From the human T2T-CHM13v2.0 reference genome, Homo sapiens: a stretch of DNA of 64,000 bases. The notes below the pieces were generated by a model. It was not told the origin of the DNA and made no database searches. It saw only the letters and a program-made list of their open reading frames with translations. Shown piece after piece: positions 63,866 through 64,000 of this stretch (its first letter is position 1; every line of letters begins with the position of its first letter). The position numbers and the translations under genes are program-made. The DNA is taken from the NCBI RefSeq assembly GCF_009914755.1, contig NC_060933.1. The stretch is one strand, 5' to 3'.

Positions 63866-64000
63866 AGAAATCCTTTATCTGGTACATTAATGTGCTAAGC
63901 TTGTTATTCAAGCTAGATGTTATTATGTAGGGACTTTATTTTTACGTAGCCATCATTGTATTGATCTCAAAAACTCTCTTTTGTTCAAAGCCTAAGTAAC

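Overview
Primate (very probably human) genomic DNA. It looks intergenic or intronic and is dominated by repeats: about 45 Alu copies or fragments, a full-length antisense SVA (20184-22150) with target-site duplication (TSD) inside a MER21-type LTR, and a complete MST (MaLR) element with both LTRs and a 5-bp TSD. There are also many solo LTRs (MLT1, MLT2, MST, ERV1 and ERVL classes), old L1 and L2 fragments, DNA-transposon fossils, and a BC200 (BCYRN1) retrocopy nested in an LTR inside an Alu. I recognise no protein-coding gene; the long ORFs come from Alu, SVA, L1 or LTR sequence. Only weak exon-like signals are visible (a canonical 111-bp minus-strand intron at 475-585 and possibly decayed mucin-stalk/TM-like exons at 4.5-5.2 kb). 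The most unusual structure is a recurring set of local inverted duplications and inversions with fold-back or filler junctions: 3.7-4.0 kb, 15.6-17.2 kb (a 357-bp, ~97% identical inverted repeat), 53.2-54.1 kb and 62.4-62.7 kb, plus a direct-repeat-flanked filler at 48.5 kb. Candidate regulatory elements are a triple STAT/GAS cluster in an LTR, an RFX X-box plus full CRE, and a CTCF-like site. I found no convincing new biological system. Repeat subfamily names are from recall and need Dfam/RepeatMasker confirmation.
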